Shown here: in pieces, positions 1 to 10,395 of the stretch
Position numbering within the stretch: position 1 is the first letter of the stretch
How the letters are laid out: each line of letters opens with the position of its first letter
Assembly (NCBI GenBank): GCA_041573795.1
Contig: JBFFQB010000004.1
Coordinates: 1-58,263, forward strand
DNA length: 58,263 nt
Source of the DNA: Anaerolineales bacterium
Lineage (GTDB): Bacteria > Chloroflexota > Anaerolineae > Anaerolineales > E44-bin32
Reading direction: 5' to 3'
Position numbers and translations under genes: made by a program
Notes under the pieces: generated by a model
Seen by the model: the letters and a program-made list of their open reading frames with translations, nothing else
What the model was told of the DNA's origin: nothing
The model's database searches: none

Positions 1-542
1 AGGCCGTCAATTTTCAAGGGTCTCATATCGGCTTTCAAGGAGGACCACTCGATCGCTGCAATAAAGGGAGATTCTTCAAGCAGAAGTTCTTCCGCCTCCT
101 CGCGGGTTACCTGGTCCCATTCTGAAGTCCAGGGGACGGCCAATGCCAGGGATCTCTCGGTAACGACGATGCCATCGGCATCAGGGAGCAGCAAGAAGTC
201 TGCTTGTGCCGGCCGTGTTTCTTCGAGTGCAGGGTCCCATGTTTGCAGTATTACCGCTACAGGGAGCAGATCAGCGGGCAACGAGGAGAGTGCCGCTTCG
301 ACGGGGGATAACCAGCGAGATTCAAGTCCCAGTACAACCTGATCGGGAAAAGGAATATCGCTTGGCGTTGCAGAGGGAGTAGGTGACACGATCGCTTCAC
401 CCCCTTCTGCTTCGCTTTGCGCACGAGAGATATCTTCAGTAGGGTCAAACGCCTGCGAATTTGGAGGGGTTGTGCAGCTATACAAACCAAGCATGAAAAG
501 CAAGAAAGCAGGTATACCAACACGAGACAACATCTGCTTCAC
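1..542 (-). CDS. Lipoprotein, N-terminal part (runs off the window); possibly CapA-family
   Basis: Manual translation, not in the ORF track: (VKQ)MLSRVGIPAFLLFMLGLYSC-TTPP...SPTPSATPS...MRPLKIDG. Open to the window edge, with a lipobox-like LYSC. Alternative in-frame ATG at 614. The family assignment is a guess. Confidence 0.6.
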   Translation of the reverse strand, partial: MKQMLSRVGIPAFLLFMLGLYSCTTPPNSQAFDPTEDISRAQSEAEGGEAIVSPTPSATPSDIPFPDQVVLGLESRWLSPVEAALSSLPADLLPVAVILQTWDPALEETRPAQADFLLLPDADGIVVTERSLALAVPWTSEWDQVTREEAEELLLEESPFIAAIEWSSLKADMRPLKIDG

Positions 543-684
543 GGAAGTATGGCAGGATGTGGTCACCGGGAGGGCATAATTTGGAGATGAGTTTGTAAAG
601 GAAAGTAGCCGCATTGTTGAAGATTATACGCTGTTGTTGCCGGTGGATCGGCTCGCGTGGACGGATTGCCGGTGAGGGAATAAA

Positions 685-719
685 TGAGCCCGGGAGAGCA
701 TTGTTCGCTCCCGGGCTCA
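685..719 (-). terminator. Intrinsic terminator after the vWA gene
   Basis: 12-bp inverted repeat TGAGCCCGGGAG / CTCCCGGGCTCA, followed on the minus strand by TTTATT. Confidence 0.7.
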
Positions 720-743
720 CTTTCTTCTTAGGTAGTGGCCTCG

Positions 744-2039
744 CTATTGGATGGAGCCGTTCAAGAAAGCTAGCTGCTCTTCGACGAGTCGGACAACCAG
801 GTCATCGAGCGAGAGTACGCTGTAATCATCGACGTGATGGGTGGTCTCATCACCTGGTGCGCCGCCTGGACCATAAGTCAGGAACAGAAATTTACCACCG
901 GTGATTTGCGCAAGTTGTCGGAAGATATACTCGCCTTGATCATCTAATCCACTGGAAGCAAGCGGGAAGATCTTGATCCCGGCTTCGACCGCTTCCACGA
1001 CATCCTGGGCATAATCAAAATCCTGAGGGTAGTCGAGGTGTGGTGGCGCATCGGCGATTAAGAAGAGTAAGCTGACGGTTTCCTCCTGGCGCCATTCGGG
1101 CAAGTGAAGTGCCTGATGAAGACCTTCATTAAGGCTCTCGGGATAATCTCCACCTCCCTCAGCGTTAACCTGGCGCAAGGCGTCGGTGAAAACAGTGACA
1201 TCTGGTGTGAAGTCATGCGTTCGGCTGACGAATAAATCCCCGCGATCACGATAGATGGTCATGCCATAGCGCACATCGGGATTGGAGGACATCGAAGTGA
1301 TGCGTTCTGCTACGCTGATCATATTGTCCTTTAGTTGCTGGATCTCGTCACTCATACTCCCGGTGGCATCGATGAGGAAATGGATATCCAATCGCACTGG
1401 ACTGCTGCTGCTGCGGACATCCAAGGTGAGTTGATGTTCATATTGCTCAGGTGGAATTGTCATGCTCGCCTGTTGCCCATCCTTTGAGGCAGAGATCAAG
1501 AATGGTTCGCCAGGACTATCCTTATAAAAGCCAGGGTGAAAATACACCGTCCCATCGGCGCCAGAGGTGGCCGAGAAGAGATGTGCGCCAGAGGAGTCCT
1601 CGACCTCGACGGCAGCGCCTAAAACCGGGCTCCCGCGCAGGTTTGTAAGGGTAATGGTATGGTGCCCCGAGACATCCAGGTCATGAACCTTGATACCCCA
1701 TTCCTGGAATTGAAGGCGATACCTTAAGTAGTCATCCCACTGTGCATTGTCGTCCACGCTTCCAGCTCGCAACTGAGCGTTCTGGTTGACAACCGCTTCC
1801 GCTGCATAAGAACTAGATTCATCCACAGCAGGAGCATCCCCCGATGCCAAAAGGGCAAGCGCTGATTCTTCGGCGGCTGGCATTCCACCGCCATCGGAAG
1901 CTTCGCTCCAGCCGCCGCGCCCATCCCAATCCACCCAGCCTTCTCTCTCGGCCTTCATTGGCAGAAAGAGTGCACACCCGCTCGTTCCGAGCATAAAGAG
2001 TAGCAGGATGGTTATTGATGTACGTGTTGGCGCTTTCAT
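744..2039 (-). CDS. Lipoprotein with carboxypeptidase-regulatory-like and von Willebrand A (vWA) domains
   Basis: Signal peptide and lipobox TSGC; MIDAS motif DATGSM; GGGDYPES and IADAPPH motifs. ATG 2039 follows GGAGGG. Confidence 0.85.
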   Translation of the reverse strand: MKAPTRTSITILLLFMLGTSGCALFLPMKAEREGWVDWDGRGGWSEASDGGGMPAAEESALALLASGDAPAVDESSSYAAEAVVNQNAQLRAGSVDDNAQWDDYLRYRLQFQEWGIKVHDLDVSGHHTITLTNLRGSPVLGAAVEVEDSSGAHLFSATSGADGTVYFHPGFYKDSPGEPFLISASKDGQQASMTIPPEQYEHQLTLDVRSSSSPVRLDIHFLIDATGSMSDEIQQLKDNMISVAERITSMSSNPDVRYGMTIYRDRGDLFVSRTHDFTPDVTVFTDALRQVNAEGGGDYPESLNEGLHQALHLPEWRQEETVSLLFLIADAPPHLDYPQDFDYAQDVVEAVEAGIKIFPLASSGLDDQGEYIFRQLAQITGGKFLFLTYGPGGAPGDETTHHVDDYSVLSLDDLVVRLVEEQLAFLNGSIQ

Positions 2040-2188
2040 TGGACCCTCCAGCGATTCTGCTATTGTCTCTTGCATTGGGGACGCCGATCGTCGTCGAAAA
2101 GTTCCCGGCTATCGAGCCGAGCGGGAGCAGAAAACATGGTTGACATCGACCCTTAATCAGGCATAATTGGAGATCATAATTGAGAAAC

Positions 2189-2460
2189 AAAGGCATCGAC
2201 GGAGAAAAGTAGGCGAGTGGAGTTCGCCAGAGAGGCCGGGGCATGGCTGCAACCCTGGCTCGAGTGAGGCTCGCTGAAGTTCCCTCCTGAGCCGCCCGGG
2301 GGAACGTCCTGTATGGGCTGGTAGTTCGGGCCGGCACCCTGCCGTTATCAACAGGGGACCGATCGTCACGTTAACATGACTGTCGGCTTGAGTGGACCAG
2401 AAGGTCAAAAAGGGTGGTACCACGGGAGAAACCCCGTCCCTTATTGGGGCGGTTTTTTGT
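2189..2460 (+). promoter_or_regulatory. T-box riboswitch, Phe specifier
   Basis: Stem I AGAGA and GCTG motifs; specifier GAAG-TTC (TTC = Phe at 2280-2282); T-box AAGGGTGGTACCACGG at 2410-2425; terminator CCGTCCC/GGGGCGG followed by a T tract; directly upstream of pheS. Confidence 0.92.
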
Positions 2461-2504
2461 TAAATGGATGTACGCCGAATGCTGGGATGCATGAAGGAGG
2501 CGAA

Positions 2505-3530
2505 ATGCTGGAAAGATTGGATCAGATTGAGGATCAAGCGCTCAAGGATCTTGAAGCTGCAGACAATGACGACAAGCTTCAGGAATGGAAAGTGCGTTAT
2601 CTTGGTCGATCGGCCGAGCTCGGCACCATCACAGAGAAGATCCGCGAAATGCCGAAAGAGCAGCGGCCTGCTCTAGGGAAGCGGGCTAATGAAGTGAAGA
2701 CACGCTTGGAGGCGGGGTACCAGGCGCGAGCGGAGATCCAGCGGCGAGAACAGCTTGATCGGCAGCTGCAGGAAGAGCAGCTGGATGTAACCCTGCCAGG
2801 TAGGAAATTAGCGTTCGGTCGCATCCATCCTTCCAATCAGATGCTGCGCAGGATCAACGCCATCTTTGCCTCGATGGGCTTCCAGATCTATCGCTCACGC
2901 GAGGTGGAGACCGACGAGTACAACTTCGAATTACTGAATATGCCTGCCTTTCACCCGGCGCGAGATGAATGGGATACGTTTTATACAACCGATCAAGATG
3001 TCTTGCTGCGGACCCATACCTCCCCCGGGCAAATTCATGTTATGCGTGAAAGAGCCCCTGAGCCAATCCGCGTGATTCTCCCGGGAATGTGTTATCGCTA
3101 TGAGCAGATCACTGCGCGGTCCGAGATTCAATTCAATCAAGTCGAGGGATTGGCCGTCGGAAAGAGCATCACCTTTACCGACCTTAAAGGGACACTGGTC
3201 GCATTTGCGCACCGGTTGTATGGGGATGAAGTACGCACGCGCTTTCGAGCGGGGCACTTTCCCTTCACCGAGCCCTCGGCCGAGATGGATATCGAATGTT
3301 TTATTTGTGACGGAGAGGGTTGTGCAGTATGCAGAAGATCGGGATGGTTAGAAATCCTGGGCTGTGGGATGGTCCATCCGCGCGTGCTGGAAGCCGGGGG
3401 TTATGACCCGCAGGCGGTGACCGGATTCGCTTTTGGCATGGGACCAGAGAGAATCGCCATGAACATCCATCGTATCGAGGATATCCGCTACTTCTGGGCC
3501 AATGATCTGCGCTTCCTTGAGCAGTTTTAA
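2505..3530 (+). CDS. pheS: Phenylalanine--tRNA ligase alpha subunit
   Basis: HPARD, LRTHTSP, FPFTEPS and GFAFGMGPER motifs; RBS AAGGAGG before ATG 2505. Confidence 0.98.
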   Translation: MLERLDQIEDQALKDLEAADNDDKLQEWKVRYLGRSAELGTITEKIREMPKEQRPALGKRANEVKTRLEAGYQARAEIQRREQLDRQLQEEQLDVTLPGRKLAFGRIHPSNQMLRRINAIFASMGFQIYRSREVETDEYNFELLNMPAFHPARDEWDTFYTTDQDVLLRTHTSPGQIHVMRERAPEPIRVILPGMCYRYEQITARSEIQFNQVEGLAVGKSITFTDLKGTLVAFAHRLYGDEVRTRFRAGHFPFTEPSAEMDIECFICDGEGCAVCRRSGWLEILGCGMVHPRVLEAGGYDPQAVTGFAFGMGPERIAMNIHRIEDIRYFWANDLRFLEQF

Positions 3531-3568
3531 CACGGAACAAGAACGATACCGAATTTGAGGATACAACA

Positions 3569-6127
3569 ATGAAAGTACCAGTCTCATGGCTGAAAGAATT
3601 CGTCGAACTTGAGCTTTCCATCCCGGACCTGGCTCATAGGCTAACCCTGGCTGGCATGGAGGTTGAGGAAATTCGTTATGTAGGCTTTCCCTTGCCACAG
3701 GGCGAGGTCGATCCGGTAACGGGACATACACGCAGTATTGGCGCCAACGTGAGCGGTCTGGCCTGGGATCCAGAAAAAATTGTCGTAGGAGCTATCCTGG
3801 AGGTAATGCCCCATCCAAATGCCGACCGTTTGGTGCTCTGCCGCCTGGATGATGGTGATCAGGAACATCGCGTGCTTACTGGCGCTCCCAATCTATTCCC
3901 TTTCAAAGGCCAGGGTCCACTTGAGATCCCATTGAAGGTAGCCTATGCGCGCGAGGGTGCAACACTCTACGACGGCCATAAGGAGGGCTGGGAACTATTC
4001 ACACTAAAGCGAGCCAAGATTCGAGGCGTGGAATCCTACTCGATGGCTTGTTCTGAAAAGGAACTGGGGATCTCGGAGGAGCATGAAGGGGTGATTCTGC
4101 TTGATAGAGATGCGCCTGTCGGCGTTCCACTGGTTGAGTACATGGGCGACATCGTGCTCGACATCACGCTAACGCCTAACCTCGCCCGTAACGCCAATAT
4201 CCTCGGTATAGCACGCGAGGTCTCGGCACTCACAGGTGCCCCCCTGCTGGAGCCTTCCTACGAGGTGCCCTGGAAAGGACCGGCGATAAAGGGACGTGTC
4301 GAGTTGGAGATATCAGAACCCGAACTCAATCCACGCTTCGTCTTGGGCTTGATTGAGGGGATTGAAGTGGGTCCCAGCCCGTACCATGTTCAGCTTCGTT
4401 TGCAATTGGCGGGTATGCGCCCCATCAATAATGTTGTCGATGCAACCAATTACGCCATGTTGGAGATTGGTGAGCCCTTACACGCCTTTGATTATGACGT
4501 GCTGGTTGAGCGTGCCGGCGGTAAGGTGCCCACGATCCTCACCCGTCGGGCGAAGAAAGGTGAGAAGCTAACCACATTGGATGGGGTTGAGCGAGAGTTA
4601 GATAGTTTCACCGTTCTGGTTGCTGATAAAAGCGGTGCACTCTCCATTGCTGGTGTCATGGGCGGCGCCGAATCAGAGGTGAGCGAGTCTACACAGCGTG
4701 TTTTGTTGGAAGGGGCGGCCTGGAATTTCATCAATATCCGCAGGACCGTTGCGGCGCAAGGGCTCCATTCTGAAGCCTCCTACCGCTTCGAGCGCGCCGT
4801 TCATCCGGCGATGGCAGAGCGTGGGGTTCGACGCGGCTTGGTATTTATGCAAAATTTCGCTGGGGGGGAGATTGCTGCAGGGTTGGTCGATGCCTACCCA
4901 CAACCCCATGAACCCTCAATCGTCAGCTTTGGGGGCGAAGAGGTCGAACGCTGGTTGGGAATCAGCCTGGAATTGCATGAGATCGAGGTAATACTATCAA
5001 GTCTGGGATTTGACGTACAAGTCAAGGACAACACCCTTAAGGTTACCTCACCTGACCATCGCCTTGATATCGAAGAGGGTATCGTTGGTGTGGCAGATCT
5101 GATGGAAGAGGTAGCGAGGATTTACGGGTACGATCGCATCCCTGAGACGATGATCGCTGACCAAATCCCCCCACAGTACAGTTTGCCAAGACTGGAAGCA
5201 GAAGAAGGCATACGGGATTTTCTTGTCAGTCTGGGTTTGCAAGAGATCGTGACCTATCGCTTAACCACACCCGAACGCGAAGCTCGCTTCTTACCTCCTG
5301 GGGAGGCGCCGGATGATCGCCCTTACGTGCGATTAGAGAATCCGATTAGCGCTGACCGGGTTGTGATGCGTCATAGCCTGTTGGCGAGCTTGATGGAGAT
5401 CGTTGAGAGCAATGCTCGTTTCCAGGATCGATTGACGCTGTTTGAGATCGGGCCAGTTTATTTAGGCGCTGAAGGTGAGCGGCTTCCCGACGAACCCTTG
5501 CGCCTGGCAATTATTCTAACGGGACCGCAAAGGTTTTCGCATTGGTCTGGTCAAAGCCGGACATGGATGGATTTCTTTGACCTGAAGGGGGTCCTTGAAG
5601 CTTTGTTTGAAGATCTCCACCTTGGCGCCTACCAATTCAAGAATGCCACCCATCCAAGTTTTCATCCGGGGAAATGCTCGATCATGCTTGTGAAGGGGCA
5701 ACAGGTTGGTGTGATGGGAGAGCTACATCCTTTGGTCAAGGATCGATACGACCTGAATGCATCCCCGGTCGTAGCAGCCGAACTGGATCTGGAAGCTATT
5801 CTCTCTATGCTTAGCGACACCGTGACGGTCAAGCCGGTAAAAGCTTTCCCCCCGGTTCTCGAAGATCTGGCCTTCGTCGTCGATGAAACCATCAGCGCAG
5901 AGCAAGTCGCGATCGCAATTCGCAAAGCCGGTGGAGAGCTACTTGAGGCGGTAAAGCTATTTGATGTGTATCGCGGGGAGCAAATTGGGGAGCACCAGAA
6001 GAGCCTGGCCTTTGCGCTGACCTATCAGGCAGCTGATCGTACGCTAACAGACGAAGAGGTGGGCAAGCTGCGTCAAAAGGTGATTTCGCTGTTGGAGAAA
6101 GAACTGAGCGCCAAGCTCAGAGCTTAA
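3569..6127 (+). CDS. pheT: Phenylalanine--tRNA ligase beta subunit
   Basis: MKVPVSWLKEFV, HPNADRL, RPINNVVDATNY, EEVARIYGYD, FDVYRGEQI; follows pheS. Confidence 0.98.
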   Translation: MKVPVSWLKEFVELELSIPDLAHRLTLAGMEVEEIRYVGFPLPQGEVDPVTGHTRSIGANVSGLAWDPEKIVVGAILEVMPHPNADRLVLCRLDDGDQEHRVLTGAPNLFPFKGQGPLEIPLKVAYAREGATLYDGHKEGWELFTLKRAKIRGVESYSMACSEKELGISEEHEGVILLDRDAPVGVPLVEYMGDIVLDITLTPNLARNANILGIAREVSALTGAPLLEPSYEVPWKGPAIKGRVELEISEPELNPRFVLGLIEGIEVGPSPYHVQLRLQLAGMRPINNVVDATNYAMLEIGEPLHAFDYDVLVERAGGKVPTILTRRAKKGEKLTTLDGVERELDSFTVLVADKSGALSIAGVMGGAESEVSESTQRVLLEGAAWNFINIRRTVAAQGLHSEASYRFERAVHPAMAERGVRRGLVFMQNFAGGEIAAGLVDAYPQPHEPSIVSFGGEEVERWLGISLELHEIEVILSSLGFDVQVKDNTLKVTSPDHRLDIEEGIVGVADLMEEVARIYGYDRIPETMIADQIPPQYSLPRLEAEEGIRDFLVSLGLQEIVTYRLTTPEREARFLPPGEAPDDRPYVRLENPISADRVVMRHSLLASLMEIVESNARFQDRLTLFEIGPVYLGAEGERLPDEPLRLAIILTGPQRFSHWSGQSRTWMDFFDLKGVLEALFEDLHLGAYQFKNATHPSFHPGKCSIMLVKGQQVGVMGELHPLVKDRYDLNASPVVAAELDLEAILSMLSDTVTVKPVKAFPPVLEDLAFVVDETISAEQVAIAIRKAGGELLEAVKLFDVYRGEQIGEHQKSLAFALTYQAADRTLTDEEVGKLRQKVISLLEKELSAKLRA

Positions 6128-6756
6128 GTGGTTTTCTCGGCGAATCGTTCAGCCCTATGAATAGCGACAGCTGCGAGCTGGGCAACAACCATAAGCAACA
6201 GGTGATCTTCGGGGGAAAACTCTCTGTGATCAAATTTGTTTATCGCCTCGATCACGCCCAATACCCGATCGCCGTCAAGCAATGGGACGCAAGCTAAGGT
6301 CTGAGTGCGGAACCCAAAGGTTTCATCGACCTGAGGGTAAAAGCGAGAATCCTTTTGCACATCTTGTACGATGGCAGGTTCCTTTTGATCGGCCACCCAT
6401 CCGGCGATCCCTCGGCCGGGAGGCAGGCGGTATCCGGTTAGATTGTCACGCGCGCTGCCATGCACCACGACAAAGACCAATTCCTCCGTTTCATCATCGA
6501 GCAGCAGAAGGGAGCCGTCGCTGGTGCCAAGCACAGCCAGTGCGGAGGCCAGCAGATCATCTAGAAGCTGAACCAGATTCGTATCTGCCTTCATGCGTTG
6601 AATTAAATCTTGGATGGCACTCAGTCCACGGACGGAAGAACGCAGGATAGTCAGCTCATCCTTGAGTTCCTGGTTCTCTTGTTTGAGCCGAGAGACTTCA
6701 TTCTGAAGGAAGCGAACTGGATCGCGTGTGTCAACCATGATCAACCTCGTGTTCAC
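6124..6756 (-). CDS. Stand-alone coiled-coil plus GAF domain protein
   Basis: N-terminal heptad region, then GAF motifs GIAGWVA, DSRFYPQVDETFGFRTQTLACVPL, GVIEAINK; no output domain. Confidence 0.85.
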   Translation of the reverse strand: MNTRLIMVDTRDPVRFLQNEVSRLKQENQELKDELTILRSSVRGLSAIQDLIQRMKADTNLVQLLDDLLASALAVLGTSDGSLLLLDDETEELVFVVVHGSARDNLTGYRLPPGRGIAGWVADQKEPAIVQDVQKDSRFYPQVDETFGFRTQTLACVPLLDGDRVLGVIEAINKFDHREFSPEDHLLLMVVAQLAAVAIHRAERFAEKTT

Positions 6757-6811
6757 ACGATGTTAGCATAGGATCGGCGTTGGGCAAAGGTTGTCTGAAC
6801 AAGTAAAGTGA

Positions 6812-6839
6812 AAGCGCCCCGTCAACGACGGGGCGCTTT
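6812..6839. terminator. Terminator hairpin downstream of the cold-shock gene
   Basis: AAAGCGCCCCGTC-AAC-GACGGGGCGCTTT inverted repeat. Confidence 0.8.
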
Positions 6840-6858
6840 GGTTTGATAGGCATACAGC

Positions 6859-7068
6859 TCAGGTAAGGATAACTTCTGCTGCCTGCAGCCCTTTGGGACC
6901 TGATTCAATGCTGAACTCGACCTGTTGCCCTTCCGCGAGTTTCTTGTAGCCTTCCATTTGGATTGCACTGAAGTGGACGAAAACATCATCCCCTTCGTCG
7001 ATGCCAATGAAGCCATAGCCCTTGACTGCATTGAACCACTTCACCGTTCCTTTGATACGTTCTGACAT
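6859..7068 (-). CDS. cspA: Cold-shock protein (CspA family)
   Basis: GTVKWFN, KGYGFI (RNP1), DVFVHFSAI (RNP2); RBS AGGAGG. Confidence 0.97.
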   Translation of the reverse strand: MSERIKGTVKWFNAVKGYGFIGIDEGDDVFVHFSAIQMEGYKKLAEGQQVEFSIESGPKGLQAAEVILT

Positions 7069-7300
7069 GCTTGCATACCTCCTGCCGCAGGCACACCCCA
7101 GCTAGGAATGGGAAATGGAATACCGCCGGGAACCTGCGCCTGGCGGTAGAAGTCTGGGGCTGTGGTTATCCTGCGTCGTGCACGGCGGGCATGGTATCAT
7201 GCAGCCAGGACAACGTCAAGCCTGAGGTCAAGAGATCGGGCAGGATGTTGAGCTGGTGCTCACATCTGAGTTAACAACTAAGCTATGGGTGACTGAAAGA

Positions 7301-7726
7301 ATGAATATCTATTTCTCTTGCTCTCTCACAGGTGGGCGGCAAGATGAGCAAGTCTATGGCCAGATCGTCGACCACCTCCTTGCGAGTGGGGTCGAAATTC
7401 CAACAGCACATCTAGCCCGCCCAGAAGTCATGGCGCTTGAGCGGGTGGTAGACCCAGAGGAAGTCTATCAACGCGATATTGACTGGATCGATGCATGTGA
7501 TGCGGTGATCGCTGAGGTAAGCACACCCTCCCACGGCGTGGGTTATGAGATTGCCTATGCTCTGGGGATCAAGAAACCCGTCCTGGCATGCTATCGTGAA
7601 GGAGCGACAGTTTCTAAGATGATTATAGGAAACAAGCAGGAGACCCTGCAGGTACTGACCTATTCAGATCCGGCGATCTTGCTTAGGCAGCTTGACCAAT
7701 TTATTGAAAGCCTTGATGGCAGCTGA
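7301..7726 (+). CDS. Nucleoside 2-deoxyribosyltransferase / DNPH1-like N-glycosidase
   Basis: MNIYFSCSLTGGR, RDIDWI, AEVSTPSHGVGYEI. Confidence 0.9.
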   Translation: MNIYFSCSLTGGRQDEQVYGQIVDHLLASGVEIPTAHLARPEVMALERVVDPEEVYQRDIDWIDACDAVIAEVSTPSHGVGYEIAYALGIKKPVLACYREGATVSKMIIGNKQETLQVLTYSDPAILLRQLDQFIESLDGS

Positions 7727-7776
7727 TCCGATCAATGCATTAACACCTCGACGAATCGATAGATAAGGAGCTCAGG

Positions 7777-8436
7777 ATGAAAGCCGAAGATTCCTATTGG
7801 CTGAAGCATTTGCACTGGTTAGGCCATGACTCATACCGCATTGATCAACCGTTGGTGATCTACATCGATCCCTGGCATCTTCCCGAAAATTCTCCACCAG
7901 CGGATCTAATTCTGGTAAGTCATGAACACTTTGATCATTGCTCGCCGGACGATGTTGCCCGTGTCTGGAAGGAGAATACGCGCCTCTTCGCAAATCCCGG
8001 GGCGGCCGAGAAATTCGAGGGAAAGGCTAGCGTGCTTGTCCCGGGCGAATCCGTTGAACTTGAGCAACTGTTGGTTGAGACACTGCCAGCATACAACACA
8101 GACAAAGATTTTCATCCCAAAGTAGCCCAGCACCTGGCTTTCATCTTAGAAGCCGAGGGAGAACGCTTGTATTTCGCCGGAGACACAGATCAGATCCCCG
8201 AGATGGAGGGGGTGGATTGCCAGATTGCCCTGCTTCCAGTAAGTGGAACCTATGTAATGACGGCCGAGCAAGCCGCCAAGGCAGCTGATGTCATCGCTGC
8301 AGATATCTCCGTGCCGATGCACTATGATGCGGGGGTTGTGGGGACAATTGAGGATGCAAAGAAATTTCAGGAACAGACTTCAGGTGAAGTCGTCATCCTG
8401 AAGAATGAAGGGGTCCCAAAAGAGCAACGGCAATAG
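7777..8436 (+). CDS. MBL-fold metallo-hydrolase
   Basis: WLGH, IDP, SHEHFDH, YFAGDT, PMHY motifs. Confidence 0.92.
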   Translation: MKAEDSYWLKHLHWLGHDSYRIDQPLVIYIDPWHLPENSPPADLILVSHEHFDHCSPDDVARVWKENTRLFANPGAAEKFEGKASVLVPGESVELEQLLVETLPAYNTDKDFHPKVAQHLAFILEAEGERLYFAGDTDQIPEMEGVDCQIALLPVSGTYVMTAEQAAKAADVIAADISVPMHYDAGVVGTIEDAKKFQEQTSGEVVILKNEGVPKEQRQ

Positions 8437-8455
8437 CTTCATTCGCGTATTATCA

Positions 8456-8487
8456 AATGCGCAGCGGTACACTTACCGCTGCGCATT
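8456..8487. terminator. Hairpin between convergent genes
   Basis: 14-bp perfect inverted repeat AATGCGCAGCGGTA / TACCGCTGCGCATT. Confidence 0.75.
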
Positions 8488-8926
8488 AGCTTTCTGTAGG
8501 CTCTTCGTGAACGACGATCGTGGCATCCGTCTCTTCCTGGAGCCAGGCAATGAACTTTTCGAATTCACTCTCCCGAAAAGGACTGGACTCACCGGCGGGC
8601 CGACCTAAGACGATCAAGGTTGCGCCAAGCTCGTTGGAAACTTGCGGCAGGACCTCCCGGACAATCCCGGTACGGATAACCGCCTCAGCGCTGACACCCT
8701 TCTCTGAAGCCCGCTCGACGGCCATGGTGAGTAAAAATTCGCCCATATTGACTAATTCTTCATCTACATCTACAACCACAGCTGCGGCGGTCTTATTAAG
8801 AAAGGAGCTGTCCGCCACGTAAAGGAAGGCAAGCGCATAGCCCTTCTCTTTCGCCAGGGCTATAGCTTTTTGTTGCGTGGGGATGCTTGCTTCACCTCCC
8901 CGAGTAGCACACAGCACAAGACCCAT
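8486..8926 (-). CDS. Universal stress protein (UspA family)
   Basis: VLCATRGGEAS, FLYVAD, LIVLGR; 146 aa. Confidence 0.88.
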   Translation of the reverse strand: MGLVLCATRGGEASIPTQQKAIALAKEKGYALAFLYVADSSFLNKTAAAVVVDVDEELVNMGEFLLTMAVERASEKGVSAEAVIRTGIVREVLPQVSNELGATLIVLGRPAGESSPFRESEFEKFIAWLQEETDATIVVHEEPTES

Positions 8927-8938
8927 GGAAGTCTCCTC

Positions 8939-10348
8939 TCAATAACGCAGAATTAAGTAAAGACTCGCCAGCAGCAGTGTTACGATCGTGACGGGAACAC
9001 CATCGCGCACAAACCGACCAAAGGAGAGCCGGTAGCCTGCTTGGGCAAGGAGACCCACCGCGACAATATTGGGCGCTGAGCCGAGATACGTGGCGTTCCC
9101 ACCGAGATCAGCCCCGAGGATAAGCGCCCAATATACAATGCCCGAATCGGTCGCGGCAGGGATGGTTTGCGTGAGGAAGTCGGCAACGGGGAGCGCGGCT
9201 ACTGTGAAGGGGATATTAGCCACAATAGCTGAGGCGAGCCCCGAGATCCAAATGGTCAGCATGGCTGCCAGATCGGCGCTTTCGCCAGCAAATACAGCAA
9301 TGCGGGAGGCCAACCATGCGATTGCACCGGTGGCGTCCATGGCTCCAACCACAATGAATAAACCAATAAAGAACAACAAGGTCGTCCAATCCACCTCACG
9401 CAGCATGCTGTGCATCTCGGGACGGACCCAGGCGATGAGAAGCGCCGCGCCCGAAAGGGCGACAACTCCTGGCGGCAGATTGCTAAATATGTCGGCAATA
9501 GAGAAAAGCAAGAAAGTAAAAAACAGGATGACAAGCGCTTTGCGCAGCGTAGCAAGATTACGAAGGGTAGATTCAGATTCAAGCCGCTCCAGGAGAGAAG
9601 GCTGTATCTCACCTTTGGCTTTATCCAAATCTTTGCGGTACTGAATTCGAATTACAACGAGGAGCGCCAGGATGCATAAGGCCGCAATAGGGCCCATATG
9701 GAACATGTAGTTAAGAAAACCAACCCCGATATGAGATCCAACGATTGTGCTGGGTGGGTTGCCAATTAAAGTCGCAGCGCCACCGATGTTGGATATGAGC
9801 ACCTCGGGGATAACGAACAGGAAGGGATGAATATCCATGGCAAGCGCGATCTGAATCGAGAGTGGCACGAGCAGCAATATCACGGTTACATCGTTTAGCA
9901 ATGCCGAGGTTATCGCAGTCAGGATCAGCAGACTAATCAGCATACGCCAGACACTGCCCTTGGATGCACGGTAAAGTTTTAACGCAGCCCACCGGAAGAT
10001 ATTCGTTTCAGCCAGTATCGCGACGAAGATCATCATCCCCATGATCAGGAAGATGACATTCCAGTCAACGAAGAGCATAGCCTCCTCGAAGGAGAGTAAT
10101 TGCATCTTCGGATCAAAGGTTCCCCAAATATAGGAGATAAGCAGAGTGGCTGTAGCGCCTAGTAGAGCAGCTGAGGTTTCATGCAGAAAGTGGAACGAAA
10201 TGGCAAGAAATACGAGCAAGAAGATTGTGCTTGAAACAAGTGCGGGAAGAACATGAACTTCGGAGGTCTGGGTAGGTAGAGAAGACAACACCTGCACTGC
10301 AGGCACGGATGGAGCTAAGGAGGGAAACAAGAAGGTAAGGTTACCCAT
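8939..10348 (-). CDS. ArsB/NhaD (ion transporter superfamily) permease
   Basis: About 12 TM segments; SALLNDVT, SNIGGAATLIGNPP, LGGNATYLGSAPN. Confidence 0.9.
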   Translation of the reverse strand: MGNLTFLFPSLAPSVPAVQVLSSLPTQTSEVHVLPALVSSTIFLLVFLAISFHFLHETSAALLGATATLLISYIWGTFDPKMQLLSFEEAMLFVDWNVIFLIMGMMIFVAILAETNIFRWAALKLYRASKGSVWRMLISLLILTAITSALLNDVTVILLLVPLSIQIALAMDIHPFLFVIPEVLISNIGGAATLIGNPPSTIVGSHIGVGFLNYMFHMGPIAALCILALLVVIRIQYRKDLDKAKGEIQPSLLERLESESTLRNLATLRKALVILFFTFLLFSIADIFSNLPPGVVALSGAALLIAWVRPEMHSMLREVDWTTLLFFIGLFIVVGAMDATGAIAWLASRIAVFAGESADLAAMLTIWISGLASAIVANIPFTVAALPVADFLTQTIPAATDSGIVYWALILGADLGGNATYLGSAPNIVAVGLLAQAGYRLSFGRFVRDGVPVTIVTLLLASLYLILRY

Positions 10349-10395
10349 AGAGGCGCTCGTGCAGAGGAATTCTAAGGTATAAAAGGGGGGAATGA

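Noticed and set aside
2376-2504. N-terminal extensions of ORF-track calls (pheS from 2376, also rsmI from 41307, panB from 50329 and the HicB-like gene from 22104)
   Set aside because: They run through RNA leaders or upstream genes; better starts with an RBS or leaderless promoter lie downstream
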